Shown here: in pieces, positions 1-13,174 of the stretch
Position numbering within the stretch: position 1 is the first letter of the stretch
Layout: each line of letters starts with the position of its first letter
Assembly: GCF_001194135.2 (NCBI RefSeq)
Contig: NC_069001.1
Span: 20,198,650 to 20,262,649, forward strand
Direction: 5' to 3'
DNA from: Octopus bimaculoides
Lineage: Eukaryota
Length of the DNA: 64,000 nucleotides
Notes under the pieces: generated by a model
Database searches by the model: none
Told to the model about the DNA's origin: nothing
The model's input: only the letters and a program-made list of their open reading frames with translations
Program-made: the position numbers and the translations under genes

Positions 1-456
1 CACTTTCTAGCAGATTGAGCAACCACAGTGAGACCCTATTGTGTGACATTTACATCACTTAAGTAATTTTATGTAAGTGCAAATCCATTTACATTGTGAT
101 GGTACCTCAAAGCTGGTGACCTTTCGATTTTTGTATATTATTGCAATAGACAGACATCTTCATTCATAAATTTCTCTTCTGAAAATTTTCAAATAATTTT
201 TCTGTTTACTTTTCGAAATGAGTTTCTAATTTACCATCTTGATAAAAAAGATTTTCTCAAGGAAATGTAGAGAACTGCAGCATATATTTTAATATTTGGG
301 TGTCATATACATCTATAAAGTATAAGAATATATTAAGTAAACATTGTGGTTTAATTTAAGTGTCAAAATGAAAATGAAATAGTATTTATTTCAGGGAGAA
401 AAAATATTTTCATTTTAAAAGCAACAAGTATTTCAAGGATAAATTAAATATTTTGA

Positions 457-675
457 TAACCTTCCGCTTACTCTATCAAATGTAGTGCTTATTTATTCAA
501 ACTGTTTTGAATTAATCATGCATTATCTTCTTAGCTTTGCAATTTCGCTGATGTTATTGTATAATTTTGGAATGGCATTGTAGGGTAGGTGTGAGAGGCC
601 AGATCTGGCCTGTTTGAACACAAAACAGGTGGGATATTTGGATCAAATATGGCTGATTTAAATGCTAATGGTTAA
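457..675 (+). mobile_element. piggyBac-like MITE, degenerate copy 1
   Basis: Body aligns with the reverse complement of 22727-22940 and with 36371-36432; right end GCTAATGGTTAA resembles the inverted TTAACCCTTTAGC terminus. Confidence 0.55.
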
Positions 676-2796
676 TAAGGTTCAATGATGTATAAGTAAG
701 CTATACTTTCATTTTAAAAGCATGTCTATTATAAGATTTAAAAAAAACATTTTAATAATTTAAAAGTAATTAAAAATGTCAAAATATATTTGTAAGCAGT
801 ATTTTGTTTTTATTTCGATATTTCAACAATGCCATATTTTTATACACTTCTCATAATTCTCCTTAATTCTCCACTTTTACTTCTTTTGAAAAATTCATTT
901 TATCACATTTTTGCCTCTACTCCAGAACTTTGGTCTGGCTTTACTCTTTGTCTTTTGTTGGGCAACTGGGATTATCATTCTGTAAAAAAAAACAAAAAAA
1001 ACTTCCAAAAGTCTATTTCTTGACATTTTAACCACCCCAGCACCCATGAAAGCTATAAAACCAGCTACCTCCAAAGAACAAGGGCTATTACAGTAGTGAT
1101 ACAAAAGACAAGGACAAAAGAGAGAGAGAAAGAGAAAGAGCATGCTTGGGCACATTGGCTGCAGCATATCCATCTGATTTTAATGCAAATCATTTAGAGG
1201 GGCCCTTCTCAAGAGCAGCTCAGATTGTGGGTGCATAATGGAGTCATTACATACACACTGATATTTGTAGTGTGCTAGAAGTTGTCAGGATTTGAAATAT
1301 TGTTTGACTCCAATGAGAAATGCCAGTGTTTAGGATGCAACCCTATATGTGTTAAGTATGTACCTTGTCCAGGAGAGATCCTCTGAAAAATTGTGAGGGT
1401 ACTGGGGGTGGATGGAGGGTAGAGTATGAAAAAATGAAATTACAATTATTCTATTTTTAAAGAATGGAAATTTCAATAGTTTCAACCATAAGAATACCAC
1501 AAACTGAAGAAAAATCCAATTCTTCCAACAAAAGGGGACCAGAATGAAATTTAGCAATTGGGGCCAAAAATGTGAAAGAATGAAATTTTGAAAAGAAGAA
1601 AAGAGAAAAAAAACAGTTCATCACTGTTGTCCAAAACATCTGAATAAAAAAGAAATGAAAGAAGAAAATAATCATAAGGGAAAGCTCTTCCAAAACTCAG
1701 TCAAACCTGTTCAAATTTGTGTCTTTTTTTTTTTTTTTAAGTCAAGTGGGTAGGTTCTGCCCAAGACCTTTTGATCACCTCCATGACTAGTGACGGGGGG
1801 AAGATCTCCTCAAAGTAGAGACTACTTGCAATAGAGCAGGCTAAAGGTATCCATAGTATTAGGTGGTGGTCTTAATTGTGCAACTGATTAAGTCTACCAC
1901 CCAATTAGGCTATGGCAGGATTTGAACTCAGACCAGGAAGATCAGAAACAAATACTACAGGACATCTGGTCTGATTTCCTTGCAATTTCCAATAATCTCT
2001 CATCCTAAATTGGTACTTCTTTCTTTTTATCTCTGAAAGGATGTGAAGCATAGCTGACCTTAGCAAGATTTGGGCTCAAATTTGAATATAATCACATAAC
2101 TACCGCAATAAATTCTGTCCAACACTCTGATGATACCATGTACACATCTGGGATTAGGAATCATGATCTAAACATGTGAGATTGTGTTTGAGGCACAAAT
2201 ATATTTCCAAGCAATTCTTTCCCCACAAAAATTGTAAAAGGTCTGATTTATTTTACTGTAATAGTTAATAAAATTTTGTAAACTTATCATACAGATTATT
2301 GTTAAAAGGCTTGGTTAGCATTAAGTTTGGAGTTAAGGGGACAGACACTGGCTAGATACAAAATAATTCAACTACTGCATCCAATACAAAGCAGGCTTTG
2401 AAATAAGCACTTTTTACAGATATGCATATATACATCTAAAGAGATGTGTATGTATTTGAATAATGGATATATATCATGTATGTATATTGTGTGTGAATAT
2501 GCTCATACAAACACACATATAAAACAAAGTGTATAGGTTTTATTTATTAAGGAAAGATTATTTATATAGGAGGCGGAATGAAAAAAAAAATTTATTCTGT
2601 GCATGTGTAATTTTGGGAAGGTTTATAGGTAGAAGCCAGACAAAAGCAGCACTTGGTCCTTTGTGTTGAGAGGTAGACAGGGATTGATATCTTCACCTTA
2701 TAAAAGATCCTGTTACAGAAATTGTAACAACTGAAAAATAGATGATGAGATTAAAAATTCTGTAATGTGTATATGTATATACAGATGTACGTTATA

Positions 2797-3006
2797 ATCT
2801 GTTGGTTACGACAATGAGTGTTCCAGCTGATTCAATCAACAGAAACATCCTACTTATGTAATTGACATTCAGGTGGTTCCACAGGCATGCATACCCTTAA
2901 CATAGTTCTCAAGGGATTCAGTGTGACACATTTGATGTGACAAGGCTGGCCCTTTGAATTACTGGTACAGCTCATTTTTGCCAGGCAAGTGGACTTGAGC
3001 AACGTG
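2797..3006 (-). mobile_element. SINE 3' body (family C)
   Basis: Recognisable octopus SINE body (gtgtgacaca...gacaaggctggccctttgaa...gagcaacgtg); shares gagcaacgt with the copy at 11110-11222. Confidence 0.5.
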
Positions 3007-3084
3007 GAGTGGCTTAGTCAGCTCATGATTGTAAGGTTGTGGGTTTGACACCCAGCAGCACGTTATCCTTGAGCAAGACACTTT
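3007..3084 (+). mobile_element. tRNA-derived SINE head (family C)
   Basis: gtggcttagt A-box-like start, ggtttgacaccc B-box-like motif, then tccttgagcaagacacttt core. Confidence 0.5.
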
Positions 3085-3399
3085 ATATATGTATGTGTAT
3101 ATATATATCTATAAATACCCATGTATCTTATATTAGGAGGCAACACATAGGAAGTGTTATTCTACATAGATATATACAAAAAGATGAGATAGTATACATA
3201 TTACAAAAACTAACAGAAAATTGCATGGAGGCCAGTATGTCTGATTATTTATATACACACACACACACACACACACACATGCAATGGAAATTAGCAGGGT
3301 TATGGATAGAATGCCTTGTGGTATTTGTTCTGATGATCTAATTTCAAATTCTACCAAGGTAATTTGTCTTTAATTGTTTTTGGTTGATAATAAAGAACC

Positions 3400-3830
3400 A
3401 GTTCAGTGAGTGAAGTGGAGGAATTGTTAGCGGGTTGGGTAAGATGCTCTGCATTAATGGTCTGGAGATGAGAGACATGTATGTATGGGCTACTGTAGGT
3501 TCTTCCTCAAACAGTCTTGCCCAGGTTTCTGCATTCATCTGCAGATGCACTGCCAAGAGTGATTGCCTGTAAAATTCTTTCACTTTTATACATCTTTGGT
3601 GAAAGTAGGCCTTGACCAAGAGAAATTGATCTCATCAGTTGGTGTCCAACAATCAGTGGATGTTTTGACCTTGAATTCTAATACTCCCCCGTTGTGGTCA
3701 AACCACAAACCTTGACTAGGAATAGCCATGCCTACCAACCCTTTTCTTTGTAATCCTATAAAAGGATCTGGTACTTGGTAATCTTTACTTGAAGGTTTGA
3801 TCACATCATTCTACCTGTTGGACTTGAAGG
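3400..3830 (-). mobile_element. Decayed CR1-like LINE ORF2 fragment
   Basis: Minus-strand peptides DHNGGVLEFK and YFHQRCIKVKEFYRQSLLAVHLQ resemble the end of the APE domain and the following linker; heavily mutated. Confidence 0.3.
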
Positions 3831-4795
3831 TGAGCAAGCTGAAATTCCATTGTCAACTTTTTCTGTGTAAAAGTTTAATAAACATTTATTCTACTAAAAA
3901 GCATTGAGTAATCCATCAGTTTCACGTTGAGGGTATAACTTGACATAAAAGCAAGCATTAACGTATTTATGTGTGTATTTAAGTATTTCTATATATTCAA
4001 ATATTTATAAATATCCCTAACCCCTACCTTAACCACTCACATCCTTGCTCTAGCTTTCTGAATTTTGAAGTTTGAGTGAACAGGGATTGCACTCTGGTAA
4101 TCTTTAACCACCCTCCCTGATTTTTCTGGTCTAACACTCTCTTAGACATGTTACCTTGAGGACATGCTCTGATTCCTCTTCATCACATAACCTCTCCTCC
4201 ATACACCACTACCCACCCTTATATAGCATGTGTTATAAGTACTTCTCTTGCTACTCAACCCACCTCACCATCTTTATCATTCTCTGACTCTGTCTCTCTC
4301 TCTCTCCCTGGCACTACTTCTTTCCTCTTTCAACTGTTATGCACTTTCCTAGCACTGTCTCTGTTAGTCTGTCCCCTAATTCCATCTTTCAATGATAAAC
4401 CTATGTAACTCCAATAAGAATTGACATGGATCCTGACCAAACTGCCCAACCCATGCAGGCATGGAGAGCAAACCAACTTGCCTTATTACTGGATCTTATT
4501 CAATCCACCTGTTACCTTACCACTTTGTCTCCTGCTGTCTTCTATATTGATCCCTGACATTACTCTTTTCCTTCCTGTCTTCCCTGTTTCCTCCATTATT
4601 CCCCCTGCTATTCTCTCCACTACCATCCTCTCACAACAACAAATCTGTTTCTTCCTTTCACTTTGTGTACTACAAGGAAACTCTTCTGGTGCTGGTGCCA
4701 TGAAAAAAATTACTGTAAGTTGTTGGTAAATTGAATAGAGCAGTACCATACATATATATATATATATATATATACACACGTTTGTGTGTGTGTAT

Positions 4796-5190
4796 GGGAG
4801 CATGCATGGCTGTGTGGTCAAGAAAGTTTGCTTTCCAGCTATGTGGTTACAAGTTCAGTTCTTCTGCATAGCATTTTAGGCAAGTGTCTTCTTGTACAGT
4901 CCTGGGCTGATCAAAATATCATGAGTAGATTTGGTGGACAGAAACTAAAAATGCCTTTTGTGCATGTGTTTATTTTCTTCCATCTGGCTATCATATGTGT
5001 CACCATCATACAAATGTTTTTCTTTGCTATCTTCTGTGAAAGCCATTTTATTGCTTATGTTCAAAGGTCGAGGGAAATATTACGTTGTTTGTAAATAGGT
5101 GAAAGTTGATGACAGGAAGAACATCCAGTCATACACAATCTGCCTCAGTGAATTTTATCTAATCTACGCAAACATGGAAAAGTGATAACA
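4796..5190 (+). mobile_element. SINE with family-A tRNA-like head and RTE-type 3' tail
   Basis: Head (ggctgtgtggtcaagaaagtttgctt...ggcaagtgtcttct) matches 19123-19290; tail (gacaggaagaacatccagtcata...aatctgcctcag...catggaaaagtg) matches RTE tails at 30230-30388 and 36433-36613. Confidence 0.6.
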
Positions 5191-6555
5191 TACAACACAT
5201 ACACACATATACACACTTAACATCTTATCATCATGCCTTGATCTTGCGAAAGAAAATTCATGGAGAGTACTGTATCACTATTTGTGTGTGAATATATATA
5301 TCTATATTATATGTTGTTGTTGTTGTTGTTGTTGGAACAGAGGACTGGCAAATCAATAGAGTAACAAACAAATTACCCTGGGATATTTTCATGTCCATAT
5401 GCATTCAGAGTTAAAAACTCAAGACTCACTTGGTGTATCATCTTTCCAGCATTGGTAAATCTGAATCCTTGATTTAAATCAACATCTCACCTCTCCCATA
5501 TTTCTTGACCTTGTATCTAAGTTAGAACTTATCATTTTCCTTATCATGTTACTTCTGATACTTTGGAGATTTGATAAAATAAAAACTTGTTGTGATCAAT
5601 AAAACTGTCTGTAATACTTCCTTTCAAATTTGAGGCTTTATACCAGAGGTGTAACAAGAGAATTAGGAGTGAAAACAGTCCCACCTATTCTTTAAGTACA
5701 AATGTGAAGAGACTCAAAATTTTCTATGACTTATCATACTTGTTAATTATGATGGGAATGCCAAAAGAGTCTTTGCTCCACAGTACTGTGCACCTTTGCT
5801 TTGTCACTGTCAATATAAGAAATTAATTACTGCTCTTGGAAAATGCATATATGTGACACAATTTCATTTGCCTAAATAAGAATGCATTTTTGTTGTAGTA
5901 AAACATCAGTAGATTGACAGAAGTAGATTATATGCCTTTAACTATTTAATTCCGTCCTGATGCATTCTGTGTTCAAATCCAGCCTGGATTAATTCTTATC
6001 CTTTATCTCACTTTCAACATATACTTGAGTTGATTCAGGTGATATATTACTTCCCTTACAAATTTCTGACCTTGTGCCAGCATATTTTACAAGTTGTTAT
6101 TGTTGTTAATAAAGGCACTGATCATAGCCAAGGCCATAGTTTTGGACAGATTACTTTGCTTGATTTCATTTTTTTTCTTTTCCAGTTAAGAGTTGCAGCC
6201 CTGCCATGGTTGGCATTACTTCTCCCCTTTTCTGGTTAAAGAAAATATGTACAAGTTATCTACGGGGATCATATACTTTCTTGTTATAAGAATAGTTATA
6301 TGGTTTGACTAAATCAAATGATTCCAATGTGTTAAATGCATTTACATATCCACCACCCATTGCTCAGTCCCCATGCATCCCACTTTGTTTTGTAGTGATT
6401 TATCTGATCACAGGATTAATGCAAATATTTATAGCTTTCCTCTACTGCTTCCAGGCCTCCTCCCACAATGCATGTATCTGTCTAAATTTTTTTTTTTAAT
6501 GTCAGAATTGTTGAATATTCTGCAAAATCAAATAAAACTATATATACATATATAT

Positions 6556-6640
6556 NNNNNNNNNNNNNNNNNNNNNNNNNNNNNNNNNNNNNNNNNNNNN
6601 NNNNNNNNNNNNNNNNNNNNNNNNNNNNNNNNNNNNNNNN
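6556..6640. other. Assembly gap inside (TA)n microsatellite
   Basis: Run of N flanked by (TA)n. Confidence 0.99.
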
Positions 6641-6708
<68 letters not shown>

Positions 6709-6962
6709 GTGTGTGTGTCCGATATACAAAAAATAATAATAAATATGTCTATAAAACATTTCAGCAGTTCTTTTTATTTTTTTGATAAATTTTATGAAAA
6801 TGTATGTATGGATGTGTGTGCGTGTGTGTGTCGATACATGTATGCAGACATGTGTCTACCTGTCTGTCTATCTAAACATCATCATTTTACAACCGCTTTT
6901 CATGCTTTGGACAGGTTGTTACTTTCCAAAGTAGTTCTAATTCAAATTCACTGTGTGTATAC

Positions 6963-7019
<57 letters not shown>

Positions 7020-7351
7020 ATGTTAGTTTGGATTGGATAATACCTGTGTATCGCTTACTTGAGCAGCATTCGATACAAACCACATCTAGCTAGCCACATC
7101 TATATGTATGTGTGTGTATACATTTATATGGCTATATGTGTTTATGTATGTATTTTAATGATTTTTAAATCAGCAGAAAATTACAAAAGTACAGATTTAC
7201 TGAAAGGTTCATAGATAGCACTTAACAAACTAACTTCAAAATCATAGTCTCTCTCATAAAGTAATAATTTATAACTTTTTTCTGGTATGTTCAGTCAAAA
7301 CATATTATTGGAGAGTTATATGATAATCAAAAAATATTGATTTCGAATTTC

Positions 7352-7495
7352 AAGGCCAGCAATTTCAAGGGAAAGGGTAAATTGATAAAATCAATCCCAG
7401 TGTTCGACTGCTATTTTATCGACCTTGAAAGAATGAAAGGCAAAGTTGACTTTGGCGGAATTTGACCTCAGAATGTAATGATGAACAAAATGACA
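7352..7495 (-). mobile_element. tRNA-derived SINE fragment (family B)
   Basis: ttttatcgaccttgaaagaatgaaaggcaaagttgactttggcggaatttgacctcagaa; related degenerate pieces near 1910-1990, 2000-2140 and 25850-25940. Confidence 0.5.
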
Positions 7496-8689
7496 CTTTT
7501 TGGGGGTGTAGTGACATTGAATGCTTCCATTGACTTAATTGCTGTTTCGTTTCCAGGTCGTAGCCGTAGCACCAGCTTTCATCACCAGTGTCTTTGTATA
7601 TATAAAAACCAGTGTGTGTGTGAATGTATATGTATGGGCACCCAATCTGTCTCTGTCAAACCTTCTCATATTCCTAACACACATTGCTCCACTCTTCTAA
7701 CTTCAATAATATTCAGCCGTTGTGTTCATATTAAAGCAGAATCTGCACTTATTTCATATCCACTGTATATCACCAGTCAACCTCCACACTTTTTGAAACT
7801 ACTTTGTTTTAAAATCCATTCCTCATATAAGCATAAATTTCTTTTTATTCACAGAAAATCGATAAATTACTGAACTCAATACATAACTGTAGAATACTCT
7901 TTTGTACATTAGAATTGAATTATCTCTTTGAATATATTTTGATATGTACATAAGTCATCAAGAAAATGCTTTTCTTTTTTCCTTCAGAGGAATCCTGTGA
8001 AAGAAGCTACTTCAAGCTCTAGCGTTTCATTTCATTTCTATTTTTTGTGGGAATACACCAAATGTCTTCAATGTCATACAAGGGAGGTCATTCTAAGAAC
8101 TCCTTATGAAACTGCATTGTTGTAAGCAATATTTTAAATATAAGTTTTTGAAATATTTCGAAATCAGCATTTTTATTGCCAAACCAGGTGGAAAGTCAGA
8201 GAGACTGGTACTTACACAAAAGATACTTAGCTCTGTGCATACAAGATGCTAGTAGTTCAGTTCTTTTGTTCAGACCATTGCTGCCTTTAATTTTTGTTCA
8301 AACAAAGGTCAAACTATGTTTTTGATTTGAAGCTACCCTTCCTATGATTGAGCCATATCTGCAATCGACCAGGTAAATTCGAATTCAGGACAATTTACTT
8401 CACACAAGAACCATATAAATTTCAACCCAGCCATATCACTTTTTATAAAGGCTGATAAATGAATATTTGTTTATAAAAATTGGGTTTTTTAATGTCAGTT
8501 TTGTTGATGTATTTTAGGTTCATTGATGTTGTTTGTTTCTGTTTTAGTACTGTCTATTATGTATATTGCCAAACAATTCCCTGTTCAATTAATTTACACA
8601 TCCCATAATGAAGACATTTTGTTACCATATATATATATATATATATATATATAAACACATGGCACAATAATGCCCCCAGTTTATTTAGA

Positions 8690-10150
8690 AGTTATATCAA
8701 GTTCTAAATACACCCAGTTCTCTGGTCCCATCCAAAGGCTGCATCCTTGCTACATTGATGATTGTACAGGTGCCAAATCTATCTTTGCAATGAACTAAAC
8801 TCCTTCATCAGGTCTTTTACTCCTCTTCCTTTCACCTCCTGGTCTTTGAAACCCCCTTCAGTTTCTTTGACATCTGTGTCTCTATTGATCACCCCCTCCT
8901 CACTACCTCCGTTTTCTTAAATCTTATTAATTCCTATTGCGACTTTTGTTTCCTCTTATCTTCCCCTACATCATACCTGCCGTCCCTTACTCCCAATTCC
9001 TTCTCTGCCATCCCTGTATCCACAACCTTGGTTTTGTAACTCATATTTGATGCAGAGCCTGTCTAATTAACCCTTATCTAAGCCATCTTTTGTTATGCTT
9101 GTCTCATTGATCACACCTCCAACCTTACATCCTGTGTCTCTCCACAGCAAACTATCCCACCTCCTTTCTAGTTTTATCTACTCCAGTCTGTTGCCTCACT
9201 TGTCCTTTCTTTTCCATATCACCATTCTCACTCGACCCATTTGACACATTTCCACATTAGAGACTCTCTCTGTTGAAATTCTTCCAACATAGTCTATGTA
9301 CTCCAGTTTGCAATGAACCTCAGAATATACCCAACTTTGCGAAAGACCACTTGTCACTTAAAATTTCCATTCTGATCACTTTACCAAAGGCCTCTCTTGT
9401 TTCAGTTTGGTGTCCAACCTCTTGTTCCCAGAGAGAACAGACACTTATCGTTTGAGCCAGTACTTCCTCACCAGTTTCCCAACTGCCTATTGAAGAATTC
9501 CACATATGTTCCTCTTTGTGCCCTTCATCCTACTCCAGTTTTAGGCGAATAATTTTTACATACATGCTTCATTATCCAACCGATCTTGACTGTCCCTCTC
9601 ATATAGACACACAACTTTCACTTATGTAGACATCTTCCTTCACCAACCATTTTTGTCACTGACGTACACATATACACACACATCCAAATCAGCAAATGGA
9701 CACACACATTTACTCTCTCTCATGAGGAATTTTGATTTGCACCTTTGAATCACACCCTGCTTTCTTTTCCACCTGTCTGTCGACTGCTTGACCTCTACCA
9801 ACTCTATAACTACTTAGATTGTGTACATCTTCTTTAGCTTCGTCCTTCCCTTTGCTCCTTCTTTCTTCCATTAGCCATTTTTAATCACTCCAATCCACAC
9901 AAGCCTATCTATCTTCCAACATTTAAAAGAAAACCTTCTTGAACTTTTAATATCTTGGTCATTTACTATCTTGGATTTGTTCCCCTGATTTCCTTCCATG
10001 ACACGCTTTGAATTGTACATTCTCTCCCACCATCCTACACACATCCTCGAAACATTTAGTCACATACATGTGCACACACCAGTGTCACTCACACTAAACA
10101 ACACCAAGTATTTAAACATACTGCTATACATATACATACTCCTCACCAAT
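8690..10150 (+). mobile_element. Decayed Penelope-like retroelement (RT to GIY-YIG region)
   Basis: YIDD codons TAC ATT GAT GAT at 8751-8762, followed by Penelope-type remnants (SFFDICVSI, LTTSVF, PYSQFLL) and a pyrimidine-rich tail; many stops and frameshifts. Confidence 0.7.
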
Positions 10151-11109
10151 TGTCCACAAAATCCATTCATCACTCATGCCTGCTACCAAGGGCACTCTGG
10201 CACATGCATGTAACCACGTAGGACGAAATTCCACCCCACTCCTCCCGGTTTGTAACCCTTCACTTCCTTTTTTTTCTAAGGAAGGATTAACTTTTCGCAA
10301 AGCCTCTACGAGCCACCGAGACAGCTACCATGTAGTCGGTGACTCAAATAGAAATAGCAGCCAAATTCCTTCAAATCACATGTTTGTTTTATCGGGGTTA
10401 ATTATAGAAGAAACAACTAAGCGTCTATGTTGGCCTCTAGATACGCGAGAAGTAGCAGCTACATTTCCTTGAAATTTGAAAATATAGGATACATTGCTTA
10501 ATGCAGTTTCACGTCTGGGGAAAAAAGAAAAAGAAAGAAACAGTAGAGGCGACGTCTCGTTTAACGATCAGAAAGTGAAATTACCGAAATCAAAAGATAT
10601 CGTAATTTGGTGAAATAAAGATGCAAGAATTTTTGAAATGAAATAAAACAAACGTAATATTACAAAATGGTAATTATAAAATCCAGTTTTTTTTTTTTTA
10701 TAAAATACTTTTGATATATTTCATTATAATTTTTTAAATAATGAAGTAAAATATAAGGATTAGTCAAGACCATACTATTGAATGTATGTTGCTGCTGCTA
10801 CCCACAAATACATAAACTTTATAAGGCAATGTTTGGCGATTCTCCACCGATTCCTTATAGAATACTTCTGAATTATGAATTAAACACCAACGATGCTTAT
10901 AAAATTCATCATATCAAAAGACAAAAAGCAAAAGACTAAAATGGTAGTCTTTCGAGTCCAAGAAAGACGGTTCTGCAATTTCTAACTGAAAAACCTGCAT
11001 AGATGATTGTTAATAATGATCAGGTGTTTATATTGCACATAACACTCTATCCATCAAATCAACACTGCCTCTGTACAGGGGCATTGAGTGCCACATATCT
11101 GACGCCGAA

Positions 11110-11222
11110 ATGATCGCAGAGCAACGTTAAATGAAGTGTTTTGATTAAAAAAAGTCACACAGTCCGGTGCGGGAATCGAACACACGATCGGGTGTGTAAC
11201 ACTGCAAACACTAAGCCATGCG
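11110..11222 (-). mobile_element. tRNA-derived SINE head (family C)
   Basis: Reverse strand reads tggcttagtg...gtgttcgattcccgcaccggac (A/B-box-like), then a degenerate core ending gttgctctgcg. Confidence 0.5.
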
Positions 11223-11425
11223 ATATAATTCCTTGCAATCAAGTTCCTCGATTTGATGTTGACAATTGTTGTCTCAGGGGCTTTACCATGTAGAAAGGCC
11301 AACCATTTTTTCTATATATAAACAATATCGAAATAATACTTCAGTTTTATAGAAAAAAGACAACTTTTAGTGTCATTTCATTTCTGAGTTTGATAGATTA
11401 CTAAACGAAACTCACCACGCCTTAC

Positions 11426-11540
11426 CTTAGGCAACGGGTTAAGGAGATAGGAAATTTCTTTTAAAATACTATGGTAACATTAAGTCACTACCTATTCCCC
11501 TTAAACATTTCGAAGACAGGTGGCAACGTGAATTGGAAGA
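11426..11540 (-). other. Candidate non-coding first exon of a divergent minus-strand gene
   Basis: Two tandem consensus donors on the minus strand (AG|GTAAGG at 11426, TG|GTGAGT at 11416) inside the CpG-rich zone; 5' end is a guess. Confidence 0.25.
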
Positions 11541-12211
11541 AAAAAATAAAAATATCTTTACATGTACAAGATCGCGGTCAAACTAGAACGGAAATAAAAC
11601 AGAATTATTCGGGTCAAAAGTGAAACTGAGATGAGGTGTTAATCAAGATCTATTTTCCTAGATATACCATTCCTCCACTCACCTGACTAGACTACACGTG
11701 TAAATAGTGTGGGATATGTTGTGGATAGTCCTAACTTTATTTTGAGACAGTAGGATGTAGTTTGACGGTAATTTGGTTGCTATTTCTAGCTGGTGGTACA
11801 GGGTTCCTATTCCAAGGGAAACAACCAATCTACTTCACTTTAATTCCTCGACACACTTCCCTTTAAAGGTTTGTATTTTATGGAATATTTTAAAGAGATT
11901 TTATTAACAGAATTGATTCTTTGTTTTATAACACCGTTTTATGTTTATTGGCGTAACTACGGGTTGATGCGCCGATTTTGTTTCTTCGTAACTTTTCGAA
12001 AAATGTTTGTTTTCCTAATTAAATTTTGCAGGAATACGTTTTCGAGTGTGTCAAGTATGATTTTGTTTATAATTTTTTTTTTTTGACAGTTTCTTGTAAC
12101 TTTAACATTTTCCACTTGTTTTTCAGATTTAAATGTATAAAATATCAACATTAAAGAATACATTACGTTAACAACACACTCGGAAATGTATTTCTTTAAA
12201 ATGAACAAAAG

Positions 12212-13174
12212 NNNNNNNNNNNNNNNNNNNNNNNNNNNNNNNNNNNNNNNNNNNNNNNNNNNNNNNNNNNNNNNNNNNNNNNNNNNNNNNNNNNNNNNNN
12301 NNNNNNNNNNNNNNNNNNNNNNNNNNNNNNNNNNNNNNNNNNNNNNNNNNNNNNNNNNNNNNNNNNNNNNNNNNNNNNNNNNNNNNNNNNNNNNNNNNNN
12401 NNNNNNNNNNNNNNNNNNNNNNNNNNNNNNNNNNNNNNNNNNNNNNNNNNNNNNNNNNNNNNNNNNNNNNNNNNNNNNNNNNNNNNNNNNNNNNNNNNNN
12501 NNNNNNNNNNNNNNNNNNNNNNNNNNNNNNNNNNNNNNNNNNNNNNNNNNNNNNNNNNNNNNNNNNNNNNNNNNNNNNNNNNNNNNNNNNNNNNNNNNNN
12601 NNNNNNNNNNNNNNNNNNNNNNNNNNNNNNNNNNNNNNNNNNNNNNNNNNNNNNNNNNNNNNNNNNNNNNNNNNNNNNNNNNNNNNNNNNNNNNNNNNNN
12701 NNNNNNNNNNNNNNNNNNNNNNNNNNNNNNNNNNNNNNNNNNNNNNNNNNNNNNNNNNNNNNNNNNNNNNNNNNNNNNNNNNNNNNNNNNNNNNNNNNNN
12801 NNNNNNNNNNNNNNNNNNNNNNNNNNNNNNNNNNNNNNNNNNNNNNNNNNNNNNNNNNNNNNNNNNNNNNNNNNNNNNNNNNNNNNNNNNNNNNNNNNNN
12901 NNNNNNNNNNNNNNNNNNNNNNNNNNNNNNNNNNNNNNNNNNNNNNNNNNNNNNNNNNNNNNNNNNNNNNNNNNNNNNNNNNNNNNNNNNNNNNNNNNNN
13001 NNNNNNNNNNNNNNNNNNNNNNNNNNNNNNNNNNNNNNNNNNNNNNNNNNNNNNNNNNNNNNNNNNNNNNNNNNNNNNNNNNNNNNNNNNNNNNNNNNNN
13101 NNNNNNNNNNNNNNNNNNNNNNNNNNNNNNNNNNNNNNNNNNNNNNNNNNNNNNNNNNNNNNNNNNNNNNNNNN
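12212..13174. other. Assembly gap in candidate promoter region
   Basis: Run of N. Confidence 0.99.

Noticed and set aside
7988-8122. Plus-strand AG...GT segment with one open frame (RNPVKEATSS...)
   Set aside because: Lies upstream of the inferred promoter, peptide unrecognisable, no linked exons; compatible with chance.
895-8451. Possible minus-strand exons at about 8216-8451, 6154-6231 and 895-985
   Set aside because: Individual splice signals look plausible, but phases do not join without stops and no protein family is recognisable.
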